DNA from: Guillardia theta CCMP2712 | Lineage: Eukaryota > Protista > Cryptophyta | Direction: 5' to 3' | NCBI RefSeq assembly: GCF_000315625.1 | Contig: NW_005434665.1 | Coordinates: forward strand, 555,220 to 619,219 | Length of the DNA stretch: 64,000 nt | Shown: one piece after another, positions 39,201 to 51,000 of the stretch | Numbering within the stretch: the first letter of the stretch is position 1 | Layout of the letters: every line of letters starts with the position of its first letter | Translations under genes and position numbers: made by a program | Notes under the pieces: model-generated | Databases searched by the model: none | What the model saw: only the letters and a program-made list of their open reading frames with translations | What the model was told of the DNA's origin: nothing

Positions 39201-40094
39201 CGCGTGCTAGGTTGGGTGGTCGTCAGGAGGCTGCAGGGAGAAGATCACGAGGGTGGCGTGGAGGAAGGACGGAAAGATCTTAGCGAGCTGCGACAACGTG
39301 AGGGAAAGTGCCGGGGCCCCCCATGGTGTAACTGAAGGCTGCAGTCCGGATGCATCAAACTGTGGGCCAGGGCAGCGGACGCTATCAGTCAGGTCTTCTC
39401 TGTCCCTGCTGAAAGGTGCTGGAGACTCGGTGAGATCAGCTCCTGACCTGCTTCAGGTTCGGCGACGGCGACTGGTGCTGCGTACAGTCCTTGTGCCTGC
39501 CCTCAGGCAAGGCCGAAGAGCATGAAGGAAGACGCGCTCCGTCCTCGCTGCAGAGTCGCTGACGTCCCAGCACAGATATGCCGCACAACTTCTGGGAGAA
39601 CTTCGAGCTGCGGAGGCAAACAGCTCAGCTGGACTGCTCAGTTGAATACTTCGCGCCAAAGCACGCGATCAGCGATTCTGTGGCTCCAGCCGACGACATC
39701 TCGCTGCTGGAGGACAGCAAGCTCCGCTGCTCCTGCATGATCTTCGGGGTAGCGCTCTGGTGCACTTGCTGTCTGAAGTCCAACGAATGTTTGGCAGGAA
39801 GGCGAATGCGCGTCGCTCCTGCTCGTGGGGGATGATGACGATGAAGTCTGGGTAACAGATGCATGGAAGTTCCCGCTTCAGATTGACATCTCTGCAGCTC
39901 ATCGACACCAGTGGAATCATGGCAATCGGCAGCTGAAGCTCAGCTGGACCATAGCCCCTTGCTGGGACATGGTTGATGACTCGCCAGGAAGTACTTGTGG
40001 TAGAATTTTAACAAATAACTTGAAACTTGAATGGTCACTCGAGCTAGAAGATCAGTTTCTGATAAGGCAGGAGGTCAGGAGTGGAACTTGGTAA
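36238..40094 (+). CDS. EF-hand plus WD40-repeat protein
   Basis: EF hands DADKSGDIDGDE and DVDGSGSVGLDE; WD-like repeats (VDMSSDGSLIAACD, LACGCVDGRIRVW, LLSTSIDGQSRLW, VAWRKDGKILASCD). 3' exons uncertain. Confidence 0.7.
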
Positions 40095-40688
40095 CGAGCA
40101 GGCTCCCATCCTTGTGTCGCCTCGCAACGAACCCGGCATTGTTCGGGAGTCGCAGCCACTGCACTCCGGTCTCGTCGTCGAAATGCTGCCCATCGACTTG
40201 GAACACTTGGCCTCCGGTATACTTGTCCACCACCCGAGCGTTATACCTGGGCTGATCCCGCACGTTCACCGTCCACTCAGTCCGGACCTGCCACAACCCT
40301 CGGTAGTCTTCCGTCGAGTTGAAGGACGATTCTGCTCGCTCGTTCGCCGCCGACAGATTCTCTACCTTGCTCATGGGCCTTTGCGGCAGGGACTGCGTCC
40401 CTCGCCCGTCCCCACCCGGCCTTCCTTCCTCCGCTGCCTTCGATGCCATCAAGTTCTCTAGCAACCTCTTCTGCAGCTCCGTACGATCTCTGCCCACCGG
40501 GTGTCAGTCTTCAACCTCCATGTACACAAAACTGATTACATGGACGATGTCCCTGGGTGGTGGAGGGCTGGCGAGCTTGGCGAAGCTATGGACGGTCGTT
40601 CCGCTCGGTCTGCCCTGCAGAAGTCGTTGCATGTGAGCGACCAGACTTGGTTCGCTCCCTGAGAGTCAGAGCTCTGGTTGCCTCCCAT
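40075..40688 (-). CDS. N-myristoylated (MGGNQSS) protein with C-terminal SH3b-like domain
   Basis: Exon 1 MGGNQSSDSQ..., a phase-2 intron at ~40490-40539 joins in frame, then VNVRDQPRYNARVV..FQV..WLRL..GFV. Confidence 0.6.
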
Positions 40689-41090
40689 CACCAGCTGGCC
40701 AGCGAGACCTGCTGATGGCGTTACGAAGCGATGAAGCAGCTACAGGCTACAGGGCAACATTTCTAGTTGAGAGTCAACTGATGAGTGCGATCTATCTTCC
40801 TATGAACCGTTTTGTCTCAATGCTCGTTTGTTCTCTCCTTTGATAGCCACAGATCCTACCCCTCAAGACTCTGTAAGTTCAGACTGAGCCCTGAGTTTCC
40901 TGGACTAACTTGGGCTCAGCAAGCTGGTCCTTGCTCTCCTGACTCAACGATCTCTCTCATGGCTCCTCATCCTCGATCCTCGTCGCCTGCTCGCATACAC
41001 CCCTCCAGCCGCCTCGAACGATGCCGTGAGTCCCGGCCGTCCGAAGTCCTGGCAATCAAACTTTGACCCGATGCCAATCAAACTAATAAT

Positions 41091-41474
41091 GAAACTATTG
41101 AGAAACTATTGAAACTATTGAAACTATTGAAACTACTATTGAAACTATTGAAACTATTGAAACTATTGAAACTATTGAAACTATTGAAACTATTGAAACT
41201 ATTGAAACTATTGAAACTATTGAAACTATTGAAACTACTATTGAAACTATTGAAACTATTGAAACTACTATTGAAACTATTGAAACTATTGAAACTATTG
41301 AAACTATTGAAACTATTGAAACTATTGAAACTATTGAAACTATTGAAACTATTGAAACTATTGAAACTATTGAAACTATTGAAACTATTGAAACTATTGA
41401 AACTATGTGGGAAACTATTGAAACGTTGTCAAACTATGAAACTATGAAACTATGAAACTATGAAACTATGAAAC
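41091..41474 (+). repeat. Minisatellite (GAAACTATT)n changing to (GAAACTAT)n
   Basis: Direct inspection; ~35 nine-mer units followed by a few eight-mers. Confidence 0.97.
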
Positions 41475-42304
41475 GATCAACCGAGCGCTCAAAGTTTGGC
41501 TTAAAGTTTCGATGTTTTGTGTGAGAGGGGATGAGGGTCACAAGGAAAGCTCACCTTACAGCTCTACCGTACCCGTCCGATGTAAGGAGGTCAGGGAGCT
41601 CATGAGGGTGGGGTCATGGGAGGTGTAGAAGGACCCTGTAAAGTGTGCTGTAAATACAGGGTCTGGGTAGATTCCTGTACGGGTACGTTAGAGCACAAAC
41701 TCAATGGTAGTGGTACATCAGGGTCATGGTGATTCTGAGGCGGACTTGAAATCCATATCACCCCCGGTATCTCGTACCCCCATTTTTCCTCCGACCACCC
41801 CCCACGCTGGAATCCCTCTTCGCCTCCTTGCGCCATGCAGGACGTGCGGTGAAAACTTCGCTGCGGCTCGTGCCGAATCTGATCTCCAACCTCATCGCTC
41901 TCAGATCACTGCTTCTCTTTCTCTCTTGAACTCTCTCTGAGCTCCTACTTGAGTTCCGCTCTATTCGTTCACCTCAATCCATTCTTTGCTGTTCAAAAAG
42001 TTCTGTCTTCCTTGACTTGCCGATAGCACACTAATCGCCCCCTCAAGATTCACTTGCTGGTGTTAGCTCTCAAAGTTTCCTCTGTCTGCCGTATTAAAGT
42101 ATAGAAAGAAAGAGATACAGTTGGCAAGCACTTGCATCCTGGACCCCTTCGGCAAACTTGATCTAATTATCTCAACAACTGCACTGTAACAGGCTGGTAA
42201 GTTGTTGTCTTCTCTATCACTTTACATGATCATGGACTGACTGAACGAAGAGATAGGAGAGGACGTCTGCAGTGTGGGCCATCCTTCATATTCGTTTGGT
42301 CCCA

Positions 42305-43984
42305 ATGGCGGGTTTGATGAAATCGGTCATGAACACCATCTCGTACATACTCAAGGAGCGATCGGCGAGGCGCATCGCCTCATTCCTGTGTATCAACTTT
42401 CTGTTCATGTTTGTTGAATGTGAGCCGATTGCCTCGAGAGCATCTCATTCTGTTGCTGACTGTTGTCGTCAGTCGCCTATGGCTTCTGGACAAACAGCCT
42501 GGGGTTGATATCGGACGCTGTACACATGATGTTCGACTGTGGTGCATTAGCGCTAGGACTTTACGGGGCTTACATGAGCTCATGGAGGCCAAACAAGGTT
42601 TATTCTTACGGTTATGGACGATATGGCGTCTTGTGCGGGTTCACCAACTCAATTTTTCTGATCCTCGTGGCTGTTTGTATAGTGATAGAAGCGATCGAGG
42701 TTTGTGTGTTTCGAGTAATTTCCCCGTGATATTGACTCGTGATGACCAGCGTGTTCTCGATCCTCCGAAAGTTGAGTCTGAGAACTTGTTTCTTGTTTCT
42801 TTTGCGGGGTTTCTTGTGAATGTGGTCGGGATCATCGTCTTCAGGTGAAAGCTTGGTTCGTTATGTGAGAACGTTCACTCACTGGGTTACTTCTGCAGCG
42901 ACCTTCATTGCCATTCTCATTCACATTCAGGATGCTGCTCGAAGGAAAAGCAGACTTGTGGAAGTTCTGAGTCGTCATGCTGCAGCTTCCAGACCCCCTC
43001 ACAAAGTGGATGCCTGGCTCAACAGACAGGCAGTCACTCCATTGGAAATAGCAGCAGCGAATCCAAGATGAATGACAGCTCAAGCAGGAAAAGCAAAAAT
43101 GTAGGGAAGAGTATTACATTTGCATGGGCCTCATGTAGGTGTTCTGATTCGAAAGGATCAATTGGAAAAGAGCCGTCAAGTTGTACCAGACGACACAGAG
43201 AAGTGAAGGTTGCAGACTGTCATGCACAGGCAGGCAGCGAAACCGACAAGGGTGAAAACACTCATCGGGAATGTTCTTCTGAACAAAAGGATGTTGGGAC
43301 CAACTCGCTGGGCAAGCGCACTGGAAGTCTGATGGAGAAGTTTTCCAGTATGTTTTCATGTCACGCAGACGCAAATACGCAGGTAAACGCATGCACAGCA
43401 CCAGCCGATCAGCGTTGACTCACTCTCCTTGTGCAGGCTGTCTTCCTCCACATTCTTGCTGATACCCTTGGAAGCGTCAGCGTCATGGTCTCTTCGGTTG
43501 CAATGAGATACGATGGGATGTACCTGGCAGACCCAGTGTGCTCGATCATGATCGGCATCCTTATCTTCGTCTCTGTCTTGCCGCTTGTCAAGGAGACGTC
43601 GTCGATCCTCCTTCAGCAGACTCCAGCGGATCTTCTTCCGCACCTGCCGCTCGTCGAGAAGAAGATCCGGGGTATACATGGGGTGGCTGCCATCCATCAG
43701 GTAACGTGTTGGTGCTGGTCGCCGTTGCGGTTCCGAGCTGAGATTTTCCTCCAGTTGCACACATGGAAGCTGGCATCCAACACTGTCATTGGGACTGCGC
43801 ACTTGCTCGTGGAGTCCGACGGCCACGAGCAGATGATCCTGCACGAAGTGACCAAGACCTTGAAGACGTATGGAGTTGCGCAGTGCACTATACAGGTAAG
43901 GAAGTCAGTGGCAGAGGAAGGCCCTTCATCTGACGTGTCCTACAGATTCAGAAACGACCGACAGTGGCTGAGAACGCTGGATGA
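42305..43984 (+). CDS. Cation diffusion facilitator zinc transporter (ZnT5/7/Msc2-like)
   Basis: TNSLGLISDAVHMMFDC, YSYGYGR, His/Cys-rich loop HCHSHSHSGCC, VFLHILADTLGSV, ADPVCS; ends IQKRPTVAENAG*. Confidence 0.92.
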
Positions 43985-44285
43985 AGGAGCCGTGAATGGC
44001 TGTTTTTGTTAAGTAGATGAGAAGGTGTCATGTGCAGGATTTAGATGTAGTGCTGGGTTTGTAATATAAATGACGGGAGGACAAGTGATATGAGGCGTTG
44101 GGCACAAGTAAAGCGTTGTATTCATTCAAATTAATATTGATTAAAACCTGTACATTCATTGTTACGGTACGTGTTTAGACATGGAGGACGACAAGAATGA
44201 CGTTAATGGCGACAAAAACGATTGTGACGAATGCAGCAATCACGCAGAGGCCTCTCGCTGTCTGGCTTTCACTGCAGAAACCAAG

Positions 44286-45492
44286 TCACTCGAACCGCAA
44301 ATCCGCCACAATTCTATCTACCTCCTCACGATCCCTCGCAGAGCTTCTAGCGTGTTCCGAGCCTGAGCCTGCAGGAGAAGGGATTTTAGCGAGTGCAAAG
44401 TGGCGATCGAAGGAGACCCACCTCTCGCAGCTCGTCGGCAAGGTGTGGAAGCGGGTCTTTCTCCACCTTGGGAGCCACTATCTCAAGGTTGCAGTGGGGG
44501 CACTTGCCAGCCTTGTTCTGATACAACCGCGACGACAGCCACCTGCCAACCTCAGTCATGACCTCTCACACTCAAGTCTCAGCATTCACGTTGAGATGCA
44601 GCTGTGATGGAACATGTGCCTGCACGGGAGGATCGTGACGAACTGCTCCTCATCGAAGGGTTCAAGGCATATCAGGCAGTCTGTCAAGTCGTCTTCGTCG
44701 GAAAAGTCTTGAACGAACGAGGTCGGAGGAACCTTGAGGAGAACGGGTGAGAAGTGCAAGCAACAAATATCTTGGTCTCACTCTCACCGATGCTCCCACA
44801 GGCCTGCTGTTGGCACACGTAACACCTTCGCTGAGAACCACTGACTTGAGGCATTTGAGCTTCAAGGTGGACTTCTTCTTTTCCGAGATCGAATCGAAAT
44901 CCTGTAGAAGCATCTTGTGAGAATCGCAAAGCAAAGCAAGCGCAACTCTCAAACCTTGTGTGATACTTCATGAGACAACACGTCTGCAGCAAGGCGACAA
45001 GTCAGAATCAAGGCAATCGATAAAAACTGGTGTCAACCTGAATGCATGGCATGTTCGGATATGTTCAATATGCAAGATTCACAACCACTTCCAACATATG
45101 CTGTTGCAGTTTCGGTTGCCGTCTCAATCACTTGATTGGGTAAGAAAGAGATGTTCGCTGAGCTTGTCACGGCTTGAACTCGAGCTTCATCTTCTAAGTA
45201 AGCTGGTTGTGGAGCAGTGACACTATGTATTGTTCCTTCTGTCACTTCTGATACAACTTTGAAGGGCATTTGCAACGTTGAAGAACGCTTAATTTGATGC
45301 TTGCAAGCCTCCAAAAGCAACCGTTTCTATCCTTGCGTTGCGCTCCTTATTGCAATCTTCTATGTTGTGCCTCTTTTCCACGGAAAAGCTCCTTCTACAC
45401 TGGTCTCTGTTGCAATTTCTTTTGCGTCTTCTTGATTCTGTTTCCTCTATCCTGCTAATTCTTTGATTGTTGTCCTTCTCTCCCTGTCTCAC
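44286..45492 (-). CDS. RING-H2 E3 ubiquitin ligase-like protein
   Basis: CLICLEPF...LPCRHMFHHSCIST|W...CPHC gives a complete RING-H2 pattern; 5' exons uncertain. Confidence 0.75.
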
Positions 45493-46937
45493 TTTACTCG
45501 TCTCTCCGATCCTCTCCGCTTCTGCAGTTTCCAGGCAGTGCCATTCACAGATTTATTTCGCCTGCTAGTGGCCGTCGGGGTACATCACATGTTAGGGGTA
45601 GTGGTGTTCCGGGATCCAGTGTTCAGTACAATGGTGGGTACCATGAAATTGTGAGGGGTGGGTGGTATAAAAGATATGGTACAATGTACCAGGAGAAGTG
45701 GGGTTATTGCCCCCGAAACAACTTATGGACGGTCAAAATCTACAAATTGAGTGGGTGGGGGGTATGTCGAGGACGGGTACAGAAAGATTCGAACGGGGGA
45801 CAGAGAAGGAGTGTGGGTGGGGTGGATGTGTTTTACGTGGAGAAAAGGACCGTGGAATCTGATTGATATTTAGGGGGTAGGGGAGGGTCATGGTCGATAG
45901 ATATGCCGAAAAAGGGGAAGGGTAGGCAAAAGTGCTCAGGGGGAATGGTGGGGTGGTAAAAAGATAAATCACCTGGTAGGGGTACATAAAGTATGGAACA
46001 AGGGGTACTCAATGACTAATATTTCAGTACAATTCAGGTAGTAAACTGAGGACTTGGTGGGGTGGAGGGGAAAGATTTCTCCAACATGTTGGTGGTAGGT
46101 CATCATTTAGCCGGGGTGGTGGAGTCCGGGGTGGGGGGCATAGATGCAACTCCCAAAACAATCTGAAATGGCGATCTAAAAACACCAGCAAATTTGAAGA
46201 TAATGTACTTTATAATGTATTAATTTTCCACAAATGGATATTACTACACAAGATCCAAAAGTATGGTACAGAAATATTCAAGACAGTACCTTGAACAAAT
46301 TTCTTTTCATGCTTTATTTGAGGATGAAAACTGATACGCGCCAACATATATCAGAAAAATTGAGCAGTCCTCGAACAAAAGTGTTTTCGTCCCCTATGTG
46401 TATTCAGAGCGCACGAGATTCAAATTAGTTCACGAAAAAAGTGCTTTTCGTGATATGAATTTATAACAATATAAATCACTTTCCGATTGTACCGTGTCCG
46501 GAGCATATGGTACAATGTTTTAGTAAAATATTGAGTCATTTTGGTACTATGTTTGGGTGAGAGCTGTTTTATATAACTAAATGGTTTTATATGGCCTCGC
46601 CCTTGTTTTCTTCAGTGTCATGCCCGGTGAGTCCCGACCGGCGGGCCCGTCGGATGATTCCCGGGGCCGCACCGTACCGCACCCGGACAAACTACTCAAG
46701 TACTACCAAGTACTACTGCTAGCTGAAATGAACAGGCGGAACATGGCTGATGGAAGCGATAAGTTCAGTTAGAGGAGAGGAGGGGGAGCGAGGGAAGGAT
46801 GTGAAGGAATGCTGTGAATGCAGGGAGAGAGCCAACGACTGAGACGAGGGTGAGAGATGTGGGTAGAGTGTTGGCGCCTCGGCTGTAGTCGCTGCTTGAT
46901 GGCACTGAAATGAATCTGATGCTTTGTTCTGCTGCAG

Positions 46938-47920
46938 ATGACGATGAAGGCAACATGCCTCTTTGCTGCTCTTCTCCTGCTCATCTTCAACGCTTCCTCC
47001 GCCTTTGGCTTTGCGCTCAAGACTTCGAACTTGTTGCTCCTGCTGCGGCCGTCAAGTCGCATTTCGTCGCAGTCCCAGCACAGGATCCGGGGGGGTAGCT
47101 CCCAACCTTCTCCTCCTAACATGCTCTTCGGCAACTTCTTCGGGGACAAGAACAACGAGGCCGGCAAGTTCGTGCGGCAGTCCAACCTGCAGGGCGTCAA
47201 CGGGGTCTTCGGACCCCCGGGGCTCATCGTCGGGGGGCTGGGGGAGGACGAGCTTGAAGTCTTGTCGGAGGTCGTAGAGAGCGCGCTGAGGGTCGACGCC
47301 ACGACTGCCCCCCAGCTCCCCATCGCTGTGCTGGGGAAGGAGGACTTCGACGGGAAGACGCTGCTCAAGGACGTCGTGTCTACCTTGAGTGAGCGTGACA
47401 GTGTCCTGCCCGACGAACCTGCGCAGCTGAAGTTCCCGATGATTATGATCTCGGGCCTCAATCCTATCCAGGTATGAAGATCCCGATGCTGTGTGCCCGC
47501 CTGAGTCCTCTCCCTCTTTCCTTCTCTCCCTGATCCCCTCTCCATCCTCTCCTCTTCCTCTCTGCTTTCCCCTCGTGCCTCTGACGTTTCCTGCTGCATT
47601 TTTTCGTTCTTTGCCTTGGGTTCCTTTGCCTCTCTCTCCTTTTGTGCTCCCCTCACCTCTCCCTACTCTTCTCTTCTCTCTGCTTCTCTTCTCCCTTCCT
47701 CTCTTCTCAAAGGTATCTGCCTGCGTCAAAGCCATCGTGGCGTCAGGGATCAAAGGGGGCATACCAGGCGGCACATTCCACACGCCCATGTGTGCCCTCG
47801 TCGTCCCCAAGGCCATGGACAAGAGCATGGTGCAGCTGCTGGTATGAGATGCTGGTGATGAATGTTTCATTGATGTTTGATCAGGACGAAGTGGAAGGAG
47901 ATCATTTAGCAAACAGATAA
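46938..47920 (+). CDS. Plastid-targeted DUF3783-like protein
   Basis: Signal peptide ending ASSA-F; FGPPGLIVGG, MISGL, CALVVPKAMDKSMVQLL|DEVEGDH resemble DUF3783; 3 coding exons. Confidence 0.7.
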
Positions 47921-48028
47921 GATTACTTTAGCTGGCCGCGTCTGCTTCTCCTGCTTGTCTTTGTTTTTTACATGTCCTTGTACTTGCACTCTCCGAGAAA
48001 CTTTTGGGCTCCTCCTGCCTCACCTCTC

Positions 48029-51000
48029 TCACACCGCCTTCCTCGCAAACCTCCTCACACGATGTCTCCTCCCCAAGTTCTTGCCCCACCCGGGCCCCTC
48101 GCTCTCGCCTGCGATCGCGTTCTCAGCATCCGTCTGGCCGAGTCTGTACTTGCGGAGCAGCTCCTCCTGTCGCGCTGACTGCAGCACGAAGATAACGTCC
48201 AGGATGGAGGTCACCTGATCGCCGAGCTGTGCCTCGTGGAACTGGATCAGTAGCATTGTCCCGCCCTGCTCCTTGCCGACCTTGCCATGTGAGCATCCCA
48301 CGACAGTGCCATCGTAATAGACGTCATGCTCGTAGTGCCTGGCGCGGCAATGACATCCTGGTGGGATCGCCTCCTTCACCAGTGGGTTGTTGCTGTCCAG
48401 AGACCCGTTCTTCCGGTAGAGCGCAAGCCGCTTCATCTCATGCTCCTCCAGCTCCTGCCGCCACTCCTCCGCCTCCTTCACGTCGTCCTGCATGCCCCTG
48501 TGTACCTCAGCCAGCCCATGAGCAGACAGGCCCTCCTCCCACCTCCGATCCCTGTCGATCTCCTCCAGCACTTTCTCCACCTGGACTATGTGCCCGGAGA
48601 GCCTCAGCTGAAGGGCCTCCAGCACGTCAACGACCAGCGGGTCGAACCTGAGGCTCTTGATCTGCGACGACTCCAGGAAGCGATGGAGGGACATGAAGGC
48701 CACGTCAGCACGGCTCAACGTACGGGCCACTTCACCCTCGTACGCCCTCCTGAAGTCAGCAAGCGCGTCGGCCGTCCGCTGAAACCCTCCGCCGAGCGAC
48801 TCGTCGAAGAGCAGGATGGGACCGTTCATGTCCACGTACGCCCTGCGGTACCCAGTCTCCTCGCTCCCGATGACCTGCTCGGTGATCATGAGGTAGCGAT
48901 TCTTCCTCAGCAGCGGGTCCAGCGGGTCTTCTGACAGGTTTTCATCCTGCAGCTTCTCCCCGAGGGTTCTGAGCCTCTGCAAGGCAAACCTGGTGCGGCA
49001 GAGCTTGAAGAACCTGCAGACGGTGAAGGCGGAGCGAACCTCTCGGACGAGGACATCAGTAGCAGGCAGCCTGGGGCGAGGAAGCTCTCGCTGCCTTCCC
49101 GGAGGGGCAGGGGAGGACGACAGCTTCGAGTAGAAGGACAGGCAGTGGTCCAGCCCATCCTTGCAGTCCCTCTCTAGGTCCTCCTGGTTGGTTGCACCGA
49201 CTTCCACTGCATCGTTCTGAGGAGAAGCGACGGCAACCAGAAGGTCTTGTCGCTTCTCAAGGATCCGCAAGATACACTGAACTAGGCTCTGCGGCTCCTC
49301 TGCCTTGACAGGCCTGCCCTTGTCTAGCTCGCCTGTGCCGGGCCTCCAACCAGGAGGGAAAAGACTGGGATGGGAGACTGTTGGCAGCAAGGAGCTCAAT
49401 CGGTTTGCAACTGAGAAAAGGAATGGAGCCCAGTCGTCTGTCCAGCCTCCTTCTGCTCCAATCTCCTTCATACTCGAGGATTTATGCAGCAGGAGATTCA
49501 GCAACGCAGTCCAGATGATAATCGATATGCGATCTCCGTCATCTTGGCAGGCAGGAGAAGAATCCTCTTCGCTTCGCTCCATCCTCCTGCGGACAAGGGA
49601 TACAGCCATGTTGAGTGTGTTTCGCAGGACCCAGGAAGCATCAGCCTCGAGCGGGCGAGGAGGAGAGCGAGTACTGCCGACGAGATGATGGCAGTGCGAC
49701 AGCGGAAGCCAGCAGACGGAAGTCGCCGCCCTCTCCCCTCCTCCAGCGTCGCACTCGAACCATGACATGGAGACAACGCTCTCCACAAGCGCGTGCTGCA
49801 GCATCGTCCAGGCGTCCATGGGCATCGTCAGCCAGGAGTGGAGCTGGAGGTGAGTGAGCTGGTAAGCAGAGGAAGAGAGCACGAGGTCGTTCTTGCAGCA
49901 CAGGAAGGAGCGATGGAGGGCGGCAAAGGCGTTGTAGCCCAGCACCAAGGGCGGGTGCCAGCCTGCCTGAGGAACAACCATCGGAGGGTGCCATCCTGAG
50001 ATGCCGAACCCTGTTCGCTCCTGCAGGGTGAGAGGAGGAGGGGCTGGCAGCGCGAGCAGGTCGGTAACGGCCGCATCGTCCTCCCCCTTGATCACCTCCA
50101 CCCGCCCGAAGCCCTCGCTCCTCGTCGGCCTGCGAAGCTGCGAGGCTATCCTGTCGACGAGGGCGAGGGAGGCTTTGCAGGAGCGCGACTCTCTCGCCTG
50201 CACGCGGTTCTTGCAGACATGGACGGGGACGTCGAGCAAGAGGGCAACCACAGCAGCTTCCGACAGGTTGCACCTCCTAGAGACTCTGATCCACCTCGCC
50301 CTCTCCTGCTCCTCCACGTTGTACGCGTCGATCACGACCCGGTGCCCGAACTTGAGCCAGTAGTTCGCCTGCTCTTCGCAAGCCTGCAGACTCCCCATCC
50401 TCTCCTCGGAGATCACCAGCCATTCTGCCGCTTCGAACTGACTGGCCAGCAGGCTCTTTCCCGATCCTGGGAGTCCACACACGAGGAGCATCCGAACGTG
50501 GTCAGGGGCCGTCACGTCTGAGCTGGGCAAGCGCACAGGGCCGGGCGTGAAACCAGCGTCGCGCGGGAGCTGAAGGATGAGATGCTCGCAGTCAGACTTG
50601 AAGTTCAACCTGCGAAGGAGGAGGAGGACAAGGGAGAGATCCTTGGCATCCTTGTCGATGAGAGGGCGACGACTCCAGTCACGATGCAGCTTGAAGGCCC
50701 ACGATCGCAAGATGCTCCTGCAGTCCTCGTGAACGCTCCTCAGATCCTCTTCCCCGCATCTCCTTCCAGCATCGCACGCAAGCAGGCCGTCCAAGATGTT
50801 TGCCTCCTCGAGCTTTCCATTGCGAAAGTCTGTGAGCATGCAAGGCTCGCTGCTCAGCAGCAGCGTCGACACATCAGTGCAAACGCGCTCAACTTGTTCC
50901 TTGCTGAACCAACTGCCCAACCCCCCGTCCCCTCCCAGACCGCGGCTGCGGCTCTTGCTCTGAGCCACCAAGTCCCTTCCCAGGTTGGTCAGCCACATGA

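Noticed and set aside
41109-41447. ORF of (LKL)n resembling an amphipathic antimicrobial peptide
   Set aside because: It is a translation of the GAAACTATT minisatellite, with a non-ATG start and no codon variation.
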